A DNA stretch of 64,000 bases from Syntrophobacterales bacterium (GCA_018053845.1 JAGPKU010000001.1:101235-165234), one strand, 5' to 3'. Positions 1 to 8,672 are shown, numbered from the stretch's first letter. Notes: a model not told the origin generated them from the letters alone. Numbers and translations are program-made.

Positions 1-1476
1 AAGATCCCCACCGACGGCGTCGTCCTGACGGGCGCATCGGCCGTGGACGAGTCCATGCTGACGGGCGAGAGCATGCCCGTGACGAAGGAACCCGGCAGCG
101 AGGTCTACGGGGCCACGATCAACCGCAGCGGCAGCTTCACCTTCCGGGCGACGAAGATCGGCGCCGATACGGCCCTGGCCCAAATCATCCGCCTCGTCGA
201 GGAGGCCCAGGGCTCCAAGGCGCCCATCCAGCGCATCGCCGACCGCGTGGCCGCCGTGTTCGTACCCTCCGTCATGGCGATTGCCGCCGTCACCTTCGTC
301 GTCTGGGCCTTTTTCGTCCCCGAGCCCCACGTCACGCGGGCCCTGCTCAACTTCGTCTCCGTGCTGATCATCGCCTGCCCCTGCGCCATGGGACTGGCGA
401 CGCCGACGGCCGTCATGGTGGGCACGGGGATGGGCGCCGAGAAGGGAATCCTCATCAAGGGGGGCGAGAGCCTCGAGAAGGCGCACAGGCTGACCCTGGT
501 CGTCTTCGACAAGACGGGCACCCTCACCGTGGGCGAACCCCGGGTGACCGATGTCGTGACGGCCCCCGGCATCACGCGAAGCCGCGTGCTCCGGATCGCC
601 GCCTCCGTGGAGGCCCTCTCGGAGCATCCCCTGGCCCGGGCCATCGTCGAGACGGCCCGGCGGGAAGGGATCCGTCCCGAGCCCGTCGAGGGGTTCGAGG
701 CCCTCTCGGGTCTCGGCGCGCGGGCCGCCTTGAACGGCGCAGCGCTTCTTCTCGGCAACCGGAGGCTGATCGAGCAGGTCTCCCCGGGTCTCAACGGCCT
801 TGCCGAGGCGGGCGAGCGGTTATCCTCGGAAGCGAAGACCTGCGTCTTCGCGGCCGAGGGGGGGCAGGTGCTGGGCATCGTGGCCCTTTCGGACGTCCCG
901 AAGGACACGGCCGCCGAAGCGGTGGAGGCATTGAAGGGCATGGGCCTCAAGGTGGCCATGATCACCGGCGACAACGAGAACACGGCCCGGGCCACGGGCA
1001 GGGCCCTCGGCATCGACCGGGTGATGGCGGAGGTCCTGCCCGGCGAGAAGGCCGAGGAGATCCGCCGCCTGAAGGAACGGGGCGAGACCGTGGCCATGGT
1101 GGGAGACGGGATCAACGACGCGCCGGCCCTCGCGGCCGCCGACATCGGGATCGCTGTCGGCGCGGGGACCGACGTGGCCATCGAGGCCTCCGACATCACG
1201 CTCATCCGCGACGACCTGCGAGCCGTGCCCGAGGCGATCCGGCTGTCCTTCCGGACGATGCGGACGATCCGGCAGAACCTGTTCTGGGCCTTCATCTACA
1301 ACGTCATCGGGATCCCCGTGGCCGCGGGGGTTCTTTATCCCTTCCTCGGGGTCCTTCTCAACCCCGTGTACGCCGCCGCCGCCATGGCGCTCAGCTCCGT
1401 GTCGGTCGTGACCAATTCGCTGAGATTACGGTGGTCCTGGCGGCTCACGCCGCAGGCAAATGCCCGAAAGCTGTGA
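1..1476 (+). CDS. copA: Heavy-metal (Cu/Ag-type) translocating P1B-type ATPase, C-terminal part (5' end outside window)
   Basis: Frame open from base 1 (KIPTDGVV...). TGES, CPC membrane metal site, DKTGTLT phosphorylation motif and GDGINDAPAL hinge. Stop TGA 1474-1476. Confidence 0.93.
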   Translation, partial: KIPTDGVVLTGASAVDESMLTGESMPVTKEPGSEVYGATINRSGSFTFRATKIGADTALAQIIRLVEEAQGSKAPIQRIADRVAAVFVPSVMAIAAVTFVVWAFFVPEPHVTRALLNFVSVLIIACPCAMGLATPTAVMVGTGMGAEKGILIKGGESLEKAHRLTLVVFDKTGTLTVGEPRVTDVVTAPGITRSRVLRIAASVEALSEHPLARAIVETARREGIRPEPVEGFEALSGLGARAALNGAALLLGNRRLIEQVSPGLNGLAEAGERLSSEAKTCVFAAEGGQVLGIVALSDVPKDTAAEAVEALKGMGLKVAMITGDNENTARATGRALGIDRVMAEVLPGEKAEEIRRLKERGETVAMVGDGINDAPALAAADIGIAVGAGTDVAIEASDITLIRDDLRAVPEAIRLSFRTMRTIRQNLFWAFIYNVIGIPVAAGVLYPFLGVLLNPVYAAAAMALSSVSVVTNSLRLRWSWRLTPQANARKL

Positions 1477-1576
1477 AGTCGGGAAGCTTTGAATCCCGGA
1501 CAAGCCGGCAGCCGTGCGCAAGTCGTCCGATACTCCGAACTTCCCAGCTTCCGAGCTTCCTGACTTCCGTCTTTTC
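1475..1576. repeat. Octad-phased GAAG/CTTCC imperfect hairpin (periodic-hairpin element R1)
   Basis: GAAG/GAAG/GAAT/GACA at 1475,1483,1491,1499 and CTTCC at 1540,1548,1556,1564 (strict 8-nt phase). 1475-1493 pairs with 1549-1567 (18 of 19, 2 G-U). Begins inside the copA stop codon and is followed by TCTTTTC. Confidence 0.7.
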
Positions 1577-1584
1577 AAGGGGGG

Positions 1585-1632
1585 AAAAAGTTCTCGCCCT
1601 GTGCAGTTAAGGCGGGGACCGCACAGGGCGAG
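1585..1632 (-). terminator. Rho-independent terminator of the thioredoxin-fold gene
   Basis: Perfect 12-bp inverted repeat CTCGCCCTGTGC (1593-1604) / GCACAGGGCGAG (1621-1632), 16-nt loop. On the minus strand it is followed by AAC-TTTTT. Confidence 0.7.
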
Positions 1633-1664
1633 GAGGAAGGGGAGGGAATCGTATATGGATATCC

Positions 1665-2351
1665 TCACAGCAGCCTGTAAGGATAAGCGCGTTTCGTCCA
1701 GATGCTGGCCGGGTAATCGGCCTGAAGCCTTTCGTAGGCCATCTTGAGCGGCTTCGCGTTGTGCGTGCTCTTGTACTGGCAGATCCCTTTCAGATAGATG
1801 GCCTCGGCCGTGGACTCGCTTCGCGGGTATTTCTCCACGATCTGGTCGAAGTACTGCAGGGCCTTGCCGATCCTGTCGGCATCGAAATGGACCTTGCCCA
1901 CCCCCAGGAGAACCGAGGGGATGAGCTCTTCGGGAGGCAAAAACCCGACGGCCCGGTGATGTTCCTTCCCTTCGCCGTTGACCGTGATGAGCGTCGGCAT
2001 CCACGTCACCTTGTACTTGTCCGCCCAGGGGGCCACGTCGTTGGAAAGCTTGACCGGTACAACATTCTCCTCGATGAGATCGATGACCGTTTGATCCGGG
2101 TACGTCAGCGCATCCCTCTTGCGGCTGTCGGTCACCCCGGGGTCATGAAAGAAGATCAAGACCGGTTTTTCCCTTGCTTCCCGCCGCTCGAGAGCCTTTT
2201 TCAGGTCCGTCTCCCAACGAATTCTCCCGGGCAATTCGATCGTCCTCCGCCGTCCGACAAAGGGAATAAACAAGACGCAACTACAGTCAAAGCAAACATG
2301 CTGCCAGGGTCGGGGCATCGGGTATCTTTTCATATCATCCCGATATGCCAT
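1665..2351 (-). CDS. Thioredoxin-fold protein with C-terminal TPR-like region (no CxxC seen)
   Basis: ORF 1665..2474. Thioredoxin-like core (KPVLIFFHDPG...WMPTLITVNGEGKE) followed by a TPR-like helical tail. Start taken at ATG 2351 (alternative ATG 2333), because the upstream part of the ORF is low-complexity. Confidence 0.7.
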   Translation of the reverse strand: MAYRDDMKRYPMPRPWQHVCFDCSCVLFIPFVGRRRTIELPGRIRWETDLKKALERREAREKPVLIFFHDPGVTDSRKRDALTYPDQTVIDLIEENVVPVKLSNDVAPWADKYKVTWMPTLITVNGEGKEHHRAVGFLPPEELIPSVLLGVGKVHFDADRIGKALQYFDQIVEKYPRSESTAEAIYLKGICQYKSTHNAKPLKMAYERLQADYPASIWTKRAYPYRLL

Positions 2352-2637
2352 GACATTTCGGGATATCCCCCGACCGGATGCTTCCGGGGGCGGCGACACA
2401 ATCCCCCCTCGTGACCCGCAGGAGATCCCCCCGGCAACGGGGCATTCGGCCCGAAGCGCCCTTTCGGCGGGCATCTGGAAGCGGCGACCCTTTCGTCACG
2501 CCCCTGCGACATGCATGTCGCGGGCCGAAGGCACATCGAGCCGGCCCATGCGACCCCCGGCAGGCGCGAGGCATCGGGATTCAGGCATCAGGACGGAAGG
2601 GAACGGGCGGTCCCGTTCAAGAACACGGGACGATGCA

Positions 2638-3297
2638 TCAGGCGGGCAGGATGCAGTCCGGCCCGTCGTGGGCGGCGTCATTGACCGCGGTCGTCACCTC
2701 GTAGGCATCCATCTCCCCCGCGGGATAGGGCGTCAGCACGGACTCCAGCAGCCCGCGGTCCCTCTCGGCGCAGTCGAGCCAGCGATCCTCGAGCGCCGCG
2801 GGCACGATGACGGGCATGCGGTCGTGGATGGGGCGCACCAGATCGTTTGCCCCGGTCGTGACGATCGTGCAGGTGCGGATCTCGCGGCCGTCGGGGGCTT
2901 TCCACACCTCGTACAGCCCGGCAAAGCCGAAGGGTTTTCCCGACCTGAGGAAGAGGTAGACCGGCACCTTGCGACGCCCCGCCCGTCGCCACTCGTAAAA
3001 CCCGTCGGCCGCGATGAGGCAGCGGCGCTTCGCGAAGGCGCCGCGAAAGCTGGGCTTCACCGCCAGGGTCTCGGCGCGGGCGTTGATGAGACGGTTGCCG
3101 ATGGAGGGGTCTTTTGCCCAGAAGGGGATCAGCCCCCATCGCATCGGCTCGATGCGCCTCGCCCCGTCCGCGACGACGCAGAGGATGTCCTGTCCCGGGG
3201 CGATGTTGTACCGGGGGCGAAGCCCGGCCGGCGCGGCGGCGCCGAAACGCTCCGTCACGACGGCGAAGGGACTCACGAGGGTGAACCGACCGCACAT
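2638..3297 (-). CDS. SOS-response-associated peptidase (SRAP/YedK family, abasic-site sensor)
   Basis: Starts MCGRF (catalytic Cys2). Motifs YNIAPGQ, MRWGLIPFWAKD, NARAETL, CLIAADGFYEW are typical of DUF159/SRAP. Confidence 0.9.
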   Translation of the reverse strand: MCGRFTLVSPFAVVTERFGAAAPAGLRPRYNIAPGQDILCVVADGARRIEPMRWGLIPFWAKDPSIGNRLINARAETLAVKPSFRGAFAKRRCLIAADGFYEWRRAGRRKVPVYLFLRSGKPFGFAGLYEVWKAPDGREIRTCTIVTTGANDLVRPIHDRMPVIVPAALEDRWLDCAERDRGLLESVLTPYPAGEMDAYEVTTAVNDAAHDGPDCILPA

Positions 3298-3365
3298 CCC
3301 CGCCTCCTCTGCGGGATGGGTCGCATGCGAGGCATCAGAAACATGGCTCGCCCGCCGCGACGGAC

Positions 3366-3465
3366 AGGAAGTGAAGAAGCACTGCAATCAACAAGCTCGG
3401 AAAAGCGGAAGTGGTGCGATCGGCTCTCGGCGCCTCCAAGCTTCACCGCTTCCCAGCCTCTCCAT
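3366..3465. repeat. GAAG/CTTC-rich imperfect hairpin (periodic-hairpin element R2, weaker)
   Basis: Purine arm GGAAGTGAAGAAGC...GGAAAAGCGGAAGTGG, pyrimidine arm CCAAGCTTCACCGCTTCCCAGCCTCTCC. GGAA-AA-GCGG (3399-3408) pairs with CCGCTTCC (3447-3454). Shares CTTCCCAGC with R1. Confidence 0.45.
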
Positions 3466-3493
3466 TGAGGTTGCGCCGCCGGTCCGCAGCCTG

Positions 3494-3922
3494 CTATTCA
3501 TCCATGGGGTTCAGCATGCGGTGCTCGTGGTACATGCAACGGTCCTGCACGAAGAGCAGCCCCTCCTGCTCGGCGAGCTTCCGGGCCTCCTCGCTGCGGA
3601 TCCCCTGCTGGAGCCACACGACGGAGACGTCGCCCCGCTCCTTTTTCCGCGCCACCGCTTCCCGCACCGGCTTCAGGGCATCCTCGGACCGGCGGAAGAC
3701 CTGGACCACGTCGATCGGCTCCGGCACCGACGCGAGGTCCGGGTATGACCGGAGGCCCAGGATGGTCTCCGCCGAGGGGTTCACGGGGATGATGCGGTAG
3801 CCCTTCTGCGCCAGGTACCGGGGCACCCAGTGGGCGGCCTTCGCGGGATTCCTGGACATGCCGTGAACGGCGATGGTGCGGCTGTTCTCGAGAATGCGGC
3901 GAATCAGATCCCCGGGCGTCAT
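3494..3922 (-). CDS. CoA-binding domain protein (YccU/YneT-like)
   Basis: Translation from MTPGD: RTIAVHGMSRNPAKAAHWVPRYL..GYRIIPVNP...VDVVQVFR...VWLQQG, the pattern of the small CoA-binding Rossmann family. Confidence 0.85.
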   Translation of the reverse strand: MTPGDLIRRILENSRTIAVHGMSRNPAKAAHWVPRYLAQKGYRIIPVNPSAETILGLRSYPDLASVPEPIDVVQVFRRSEDALKPVREAVARKKERGDVSVVWLQQGIRSEEARKLAEQEGLLFVQDRCMYHEHRMLNPMDE

Positions 3923-3992
3923 GCCTTTCCTCCCGCAGCATGCAAGACAGTCTACCACGAAGCGCGGCGGGGGGAAAGGAGGCAGGCCGGCC

Positions 3993-5411
3993 CTAGTCGA
4001 TCCGGATGTGCTTCCATCGTCCCCCCCGGAAGCGCAGGGCCATGAGCAGGCCGTAGCCCATCATGGAGACGACCATGGCGACCCAGACCCCGGTGGGCCC
4101 GTAGCCCATGGCGATCGCCAGGAGATAGGCCAGCGGCAGCCGGACGCCCCACATGCAGGCCACGATGATCCACATGGTGGATCTCGTGTCGCCGGCGCCC
4201 GTGATGGCCCCGGAGAGGATGGTCCCCAGGGCCAAAAACGGCTCGGCCACCATGTTGATCCGCAGGTAATGGGCCGTCTCGGCAAGGACCTCCGGGGTTC
4301 TGGCGAGGATCGATGCGAACGCCTCGGCCCAGATGAAAACGGGCAGGGCAAGCGTCCCGAGCAGGACCATCCCCGCCCCTGCCGTCTTCCAGCCGAGGGT
4401 CTCCGCCCTCTGCGGGTTGCCCGCCCCCAGGTTTTGCCCGGCCAGGACGGAGGCGGCCATGTTGAGGGCGAAGGCCGGCAGGAAGATGATGGCCTCGATC
4501 CGGAGGCCGTTGGTCAGGGCGGCCAGGGCCGTGACCGTTCCCTCGCCGATCCGCGACAGGATGTTGTAGAGCACGATGCTGCCCGCCTGCCAGGCGACCT
4601 GCAGGAAGACCGACGGCCAGCCGATGTCGATGACCCTGCCGATGGTGGGGAAATCCACGCGCCACGGTTCGGTGAAGACGCCCCGCCAGCGTTTCGTCGC
4701 CAGCAGGGCCAGGCTGATGAGCATCCCCGCGGCGAAGGACGAGGCGGTGGCCAGCGCGATGCCCCGGTATCCCATCTGCGGGAAGGGCGGAATCCCGAAG
4801 ACCAGGGCGAAGTCGCCCGCGACGTTGACCAGGCTGACGCAGAACATCGTGAGCAGGGGCTTCTTCACGTCGCCCGCGGCCCGGAAGATGGAATTCGTGA
4901 TGATGAGCAGGTAGTTGGGCCCCAGGGCGAAGGCGAAGATGCGCAGGAAGTCCTCCGCGACGTCGCGGATCTCCCCGGGCATGCCCGCCAGGGCGACGAT
5001 CCCGCGGCAGTACACGACGGTGGCGGCGGTGATCACGACCGCCACGACGGCGCCGAACAGAAGGGACTGCCTCGCGATCCCGACGGCCCGGCCGGGGCTC
5101 GACGCCCCGACGGCCCGCGACACCATGGCGACGGTGCCGACGCCGATGGCGTTTGCCACGATGATGACGATGAAGAAGAGCTGGGTGACGAACCCGATGG
5201 CCGCCTGGATGTCGGGCCCGATGAAGCCTGCCACGTAGAGGTCGGCCAGGCCCACGAAGAAATTGAAGATCATGATGAAGAAGGTGGGCCACGAGAGGTG
5301 CCAGATGTTGTGCCAGAGGCTGCCCCGTGTCAGCTCGGGGGAGGGATGCTCGCCGATGGCCGTCACTCCATTTTGCCGGCCGGTCGAAAACCGCCGTTGA
5401 TGAGGGTCCAA
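3993..5411 (-). CDS. MATE family efflux transporter
   Basis: About 470 aa polytopic membrane protein with a MATE-like N-terminus (SLWHNIWHLSWPTFFIMIFNFFVGLADLYVAGFIG) and an internal duplication pattern. The first in-frame start is TTG 5411, so the exact start is uncertain. Confidence 0.85.
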   Translation of the reverse strand: MDPHQRRFSTGRQNGVTAIGEHPSPELTRGSLWHNIWHLSWPTFFIMIFNFFVGLADLYVAGFIGPDIQAAIGFVTQLFFIVIIVANAIGVGTVAMVSRAVGASSPGRAVGIARQSLLFGAVVAVVITAATVVYCRGIVALAGMPGEIRDVAEDFLRIFAFALGPNYLLIITNSIFRAAGDVKKPLLTMFCVSLVNVAGDFALVFGIPPFPQMGYRGIALATASSFAAGMLISLALLATKRWRGVFTEPWRVDFPTIGRVIDIGWPSVFLQVAWQAGSIVLYNILSRIGEGTVTALAALTNGLRIEAIIFLPAFALNMAASVLAGQNLGAGNPQRAETLGWKTAGAGMVLLGTLALPVFIWAEAFASILARTPEVLAETAHYLRINMVAEPFLALGTILSGAITGAGDTRSTMWIIVACMWGVRLPLAYLLAIAMGYGPTGVWVAMVVSMMGYGLLMALRFRGGRWKHIRID

Positions 5412-5503
5412 ACCCGGAAGGACCGGGGAGCATCACTCTTCGGTCTCCCCGGCCTCCTCTCTTGGTTTTTCACTCTTCCCGGCCCCTGTGCCCTGACCCC
5501 TGA

Positions 5504-6640
5504 TCAGTACCGGAACAGGGCGGCGACCGGTTCCTTGTCAGGCATCCCGTCGCGCGGGACGGCGTAGACCTTGCCCCCGGCGGCCAGGGTCTGGATCGCC
5601 GCGAAGTCGATCAGGTCCTCGTCGCCTTTCTGCCCGCCGTCGTGGAGTACGGCTTTTCCCGTCCGGGGGTTGAAGGTGCCCCATTTTTCCTGCCCCACCT
5701 CCACGAAGAGATACCCGACGCGGCCGTGATGGGCGGCCGGCACGATCTCCTCGAGGTTGTTCGAGGCAAGGCCCGTCCCGAGCGATTGCCGGTATCGGAC
5801 CCGGGCCTCTTCCTGCTCCTTGCGGAACCAGGGCTCCACGACGGGCCAGGCCAGGGCGTGGAGCTCGTCGGCGCTCATCTGGTCGGGGTTCCCGTTGACG
5901 GCGGTCTCGAGCAGGTTCGGATAGGCGTTGACCTCGCGGTACATGGGAAAGAGGTAATCGACGCCGGCAAACACCAGGGGCGCCCGCTCCTCCTTGAGGT
6001 GCGGCCGGAGGCCCTTGTCGACCTGCTGCAGGAAGCGCAGGAGGTTTTCCTTGCCGTAGTCGGTCCAGGCGCTGGAGCCTTTTTGCCCCGTTGCCCCCGT
6101 CATGGCGGGCCGGGTCCGGAGCTGCTTTTCGAACACGTCGAATTTGAGCACCTCCTCGATATTCCGGGGCAGGCCCTCGGGCCGGGTCTCCTTCACCGCG
6201 TAGCGGGAGCACGCCAGCAGGCGCACGTCCTTCTGGCTCAGGGCCAGCACATAGAACCGCCCCTCCGTGTTGAACAGGGGCAGCAGGGGCTTTACGTTGA
6301 ACCGGTCGGCCAGGATGACCGACGGGACGAAGTCCACGGGAAGCCGGAAGTGACGGAAGAAATCGGGGCACAGGAAAAGGGCCAGACCGTTCGACTGCTG
6401 GCGCCAGAAGGGGTTGTTCTTCACGAGGGCCTGGACGGGTTCGAGGAATTTCTCCGCCTCGACCGTGCGGCGGCCCCCGCGCACGAGCCGCTCTTCCGCT
6501 TCCTTGAGGAGGTTCTTGAGCCGGATGGCGTTCTGCTGCACCTCGGCGCCGGCCCTGTGGGTGGGCATGTAAATGCTCAGGCTCGGCGCCTTGCCCTTCT
6601 CGATGAGAAGCCTCAGTTCGTCCCTGGAAAGCTCGTTCAT
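5504..6640 (-). CDS. eRF1/Pelota-like protein (bacterial archaeo-eukaryotic release-factor-like, baeRF-type); function unknown
   Basis: 378-aa ORF. The N-terminus LSIYMPTHRAG.EVQQNAIRLKNLL matches my recollection of baeRF family proteins, but this was not verified by search. ATG 6640 has SD GGAGGG. An alternative ATG at 6700 overlaps the upstream stop (ATGA). Confidence 0.55.
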   Translation of the reverse strand: MNELSRDELRLLIEKGKAPSLSIYMPTHRAGAEVQQNAIRLKNLLKEAEERLVRGGRRTVEAEKFLEPVQALVKNNPFWRQQSNGLALFLCPDFFRHFRLPVDFVPSVILADRFNVKPLLPLFNTEGRFYVLALSQKDVRLLACSRYAVKETRPEGLPRNIEEVLKFDVFEKQLRTRPAMTGATGQKGSSAWTDYGKENLLRFLQQVDKGLRPHLKEERAPLVFAGVDYLFPMYREVNAYPNLLETAVNGNPDQMSADELHALAWPVVEPWFRKEQEEARVRYRQSLGTGLASNNLEEIVPAAHHGRVGYLFVEVGQEKWGTFNPRTGKAVLHDGGQKGDEDLIDFAAIQTLAAGGKVYAVPRDGMPDKEPVAALFRY

Positions 6641-6696
6641 AAACCCTCCATCAACCCGTGTATTGGATGTCCGCCGCCTGTCCCCGCGTCCGGGGC

Positions 6697-7380
6697 TCAT
6701 CGCCCCGCCCGCACGGCAAGGGCGGCATCGGTGCGGTCCGTGATGATCCCGTCGATGCGGTCATCATCCAGGAACCGTTTCATCCGGTTTTCGTCGTTCA
6801 CGGTCCAGACGGCGATTTTCTTCCCGGCCCGCCGCATGAGCTCCAGAAGCCCTCCCCCCGCCAGGCTCTCGACCGGGAACAGCCATTGCGTCGCACCCCG
6901 CAGGACCTCCTCCGTCAGGGCCCCGGCGTCGTTGAAGATGAGACCCGTTTGCACCCCGGGACGGCACCGCCTGACCCTCTCGACGGAGCCGGCATGGAAG
7001 GAGCTCACGATGAAGTCCTCTTCGCGCAGGGCGCCCGCCGCGAGGAGAACGACCTCCCCTTCGCAGCCCTCCTCCTTGAGCTCGATGTCCAGGCCGATCC
7101 GGCCGCGCGCCAGGTCGAGGACCTCCTCGAGCTCGGGGAGACGGAACCCCGCGGATCGGGCCCGGTCACGGGCATCCCGAAGGGTCATGTCGCGGAGAAG
7201 TCTGCCGGAGATGTCCGGGTCGTGGTGGATGACGAGCCGGCCGTCCCCCGTGCTCCGCACGTCGAACTCGATCATGTCCGCACCGAGGTCGATCGCCTTC
7301 CGGAAGGCCTCCAGGGTGTTCTCGCGGGCCGGGGACGCGGCGCCCCGGTGGGCGATGATGAGCTTGTGCCTTTCGTGCAA
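6697..7380 (-). CDS. Glycerophosphodiester phosphodiesterase (GDPD family)
   Basis: IIAHRGAAS..ENTLEAF..A...GADMIEFDVR.T.DG.LVIHHD motif set. Start set at TTG 7380 (SD GGGGAAAGG, gives MHERHKLIIAHRG). The ORF remains open up to 7560 through repeat R3, so the start is uncertain. Confidence 0.85.
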   Translation of the reverse strand: MHERHKLIIAHRGAASPARENTLEAFRKAIDLGADMIEFDVRSTGDGRLVIHHDPDISGRLLRDMTLRDARDRARSAGFRLPELEEVLDLARGRIGLDIELKEEGCEGEVVLLAAGALREEDFIVSSFHAGSVERVRRCRPGVQTGLIFNDAGALTEEVLRGATQWLFPVESLAGGGLLELMRRAGKKIAVWTVNDENRMKRFLDDDRIDGIITDRTDAALAVRAGR

Positions 7381-7442
7381 CGCGAAAGCCTTTCCCCGGG
7401 GATCTCGACAGGCCCGGCGGTGAGGCGCTTTTAGCACATGAC

Positions 7443-7533
7443 GTGAGGAAGCGCGGAAGAGCAGAAGAGCGGAGTCGATTTCCATTCCCCCTGTCTCGAG
7501 CCGCTCTTCCTCACTTCCGATCTTCCGATCCTC
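7443..7533. repeat. Octad-phased GGAAG/CTTCC imperfect hairpin (periodic-hairpin element R3)
   Basis: GGAAG/GGAAG/AGAAG/GGAG at 7447,7455,7463,7471 and CTTCC at 7506,7514,7522 (8-nt phase). Perfect core GAAGAGCGG (7464-7472) / CCGCTCTTC (7501-7509), flanked by phased GGAAG:CTTCC helices. Confidence 0.7.
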
Positions 7534-7604
7534 GCCGACTCGAAGCCCCGTGGCGGTCATGCAGCAACGAACCCGTGATGCCTCGCAGGGTCGGCAGCCG
7601 GCGT

Positions 7605-7949
7605 CTACCCCCGGATCATCACCAGCAGCATCTTGAAGGGTTCCATCGCCTTGAGGGCGTGGGGCTCGCCGGCCGGCATGATGATCATCTCCCCCGGCCC
7701 CAGCACGTGCGACGTGCCGGAGATCACAATCTCCGCCCGTCCTTCCAGCATGTACACGAGGGCGTCGAAGGGCGCCGTGTGTTCGCTGAGGCCCTGCCCG
7801 GCGTCGAAGGCGAAGAGGGTCACCGTGCCGGTCTTTTTCTGCATGACGGCGCGGCTCACGACCGAGCCGGCCTGGACCTCCACCAGCCGGGCCGCGTCGA
7901 GCGTCTTCGCGACGAGAGACTCCTTTTTCTCCTGGATCGTGGTGACCAT
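7605..7949 (-). CDS. Cupin domain protein
   Basis: 114 aa. Cupin motifs (G.GLSEH.AP.DALVYMLEG...MPAGEPHAL). SD AAAGGAG upstream of ATG 7949. Confidence 0.85.
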   Translation of the reverse strand: MVTTIQEKKESLVAKTLDAARLVEVQAGSVVSRAVMQKKTGTVTLFAFDAGQGLSEHTAPFDALVYMLEGRAEIVISGTSHVLGPGEMIIMPAGEPHALKAMEPFKMLLVMIRG

Positions 7950-8043
7950 GGGTCAGGCTCCTTTCGGCGAGGCGGGCCCTCCCCGGTGCCGGGGCAGGGA
8001 ATCTGCAAATCGGCTGGGACCGGCCGAAACCGGTTCACGAAAA

Positions 8044-8073
8044 AAAATAGCAAACCGATTCGCCTGGTGTCAA
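8044..8073 (-). promoter_or_regulatory. Candidate sigma70-type promoter for the cupin gene
   Basis: Minus strand TTGACA (8073-8068), 18-nt spacer, TATTTT (8049-8044). Shares the CCTTGACA core with other promoters in the window. Confidence 0.3.
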
Positions 8074-8537
8074 GGCGGCGGGGATTGTCCCGCCGGCCTT
8101 GCCCGCGGGGGCGTCCACGCGGAGGCGGCGGCCCCCCCGAATGACCGCAGGCGCTCCCTGAGCTTCGCGAAGGCGAAGGGTTTTTCCAGATAGCCGTCGG
8201 GTTCGGGACGCCACTGCCGGTGCGCGGCGATGCGGCCGCTCTCCACGAGCAGGATGACGAGCCTCGCCCCGAGGGGCGGGATCCGCAGCATGCTCCCCAG
8301 GATGGAGTGGCCGGCCATGCCGGACAGATCCTCATCCAAAAGCGCGAGGACGGGACGCGACGGCCGGCCGGGGACGGGATGCATCGCGAGCCCCCTGAAA
8401 AATTCGAGGGCCTCGCAGCCGCTCCTGACGACGTGAATCTCGTTTGAGGGCAGGTTCCGTCTCAGCAGGCCCACGGTCGCTGCGGCGCGGACCCGATCGT
8501 GATCGCCGAGCAGGACCTCGGCGACCCGGCCGTGCAC
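8070..8537 (-). CDS. Single-domain response regulator (CheY-like REC) with atypical acidic pocket
   Basis: REC layout: VLLGDHD (instead of DD/ED), LALLDEDLSGM (phospho-Asp position), ILLVES, YLEKPF (Lys-Pro). GTG 8537 is preceded by GGGAGGG. The ORF is open to 8618, so the start is uncertain. Confidence 0.6.
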   Translation of the reverse strand: MHGRVAEVLLGDHDRVRAAATVGLLRRNLPSNEIHVVRSGCEALEFFRGLAMHPVPGRPSRPVLALLDEDLSGMAGHSILGSMLRIPPLGARLVILLVESGRIAAHRQWRPEPDGYLEKPFAFAKLRERLRSFGGAAASAWTPPRARPAGQSPPP

Positions 8538-8672
8538 GCCTGCGTCCCTCCCGGAGTCCCGCTCCGGGCGCCAGATGCACCGCCGGCTGTCGTCCATCCA
8601 GAGAATGCTTCCCGCCAACGGCCCGGCCCTCCGTGAAGACGTCGAACGGATGCGCCCCCGGCCCGCTCCCCG

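Noticed and set aside
105-1295. 396-aa minus-strand ORF antisense to copA. Comparable antisense or alternative-frame ORFs lie across the MATE, baeRF-like, typA, fprA and cysS genes.
   Set aside because: The composition is low-complexity (Ser/Arg/Ala/Pro). Each is fully nested opposite or alongside a gene with clear family motifs.
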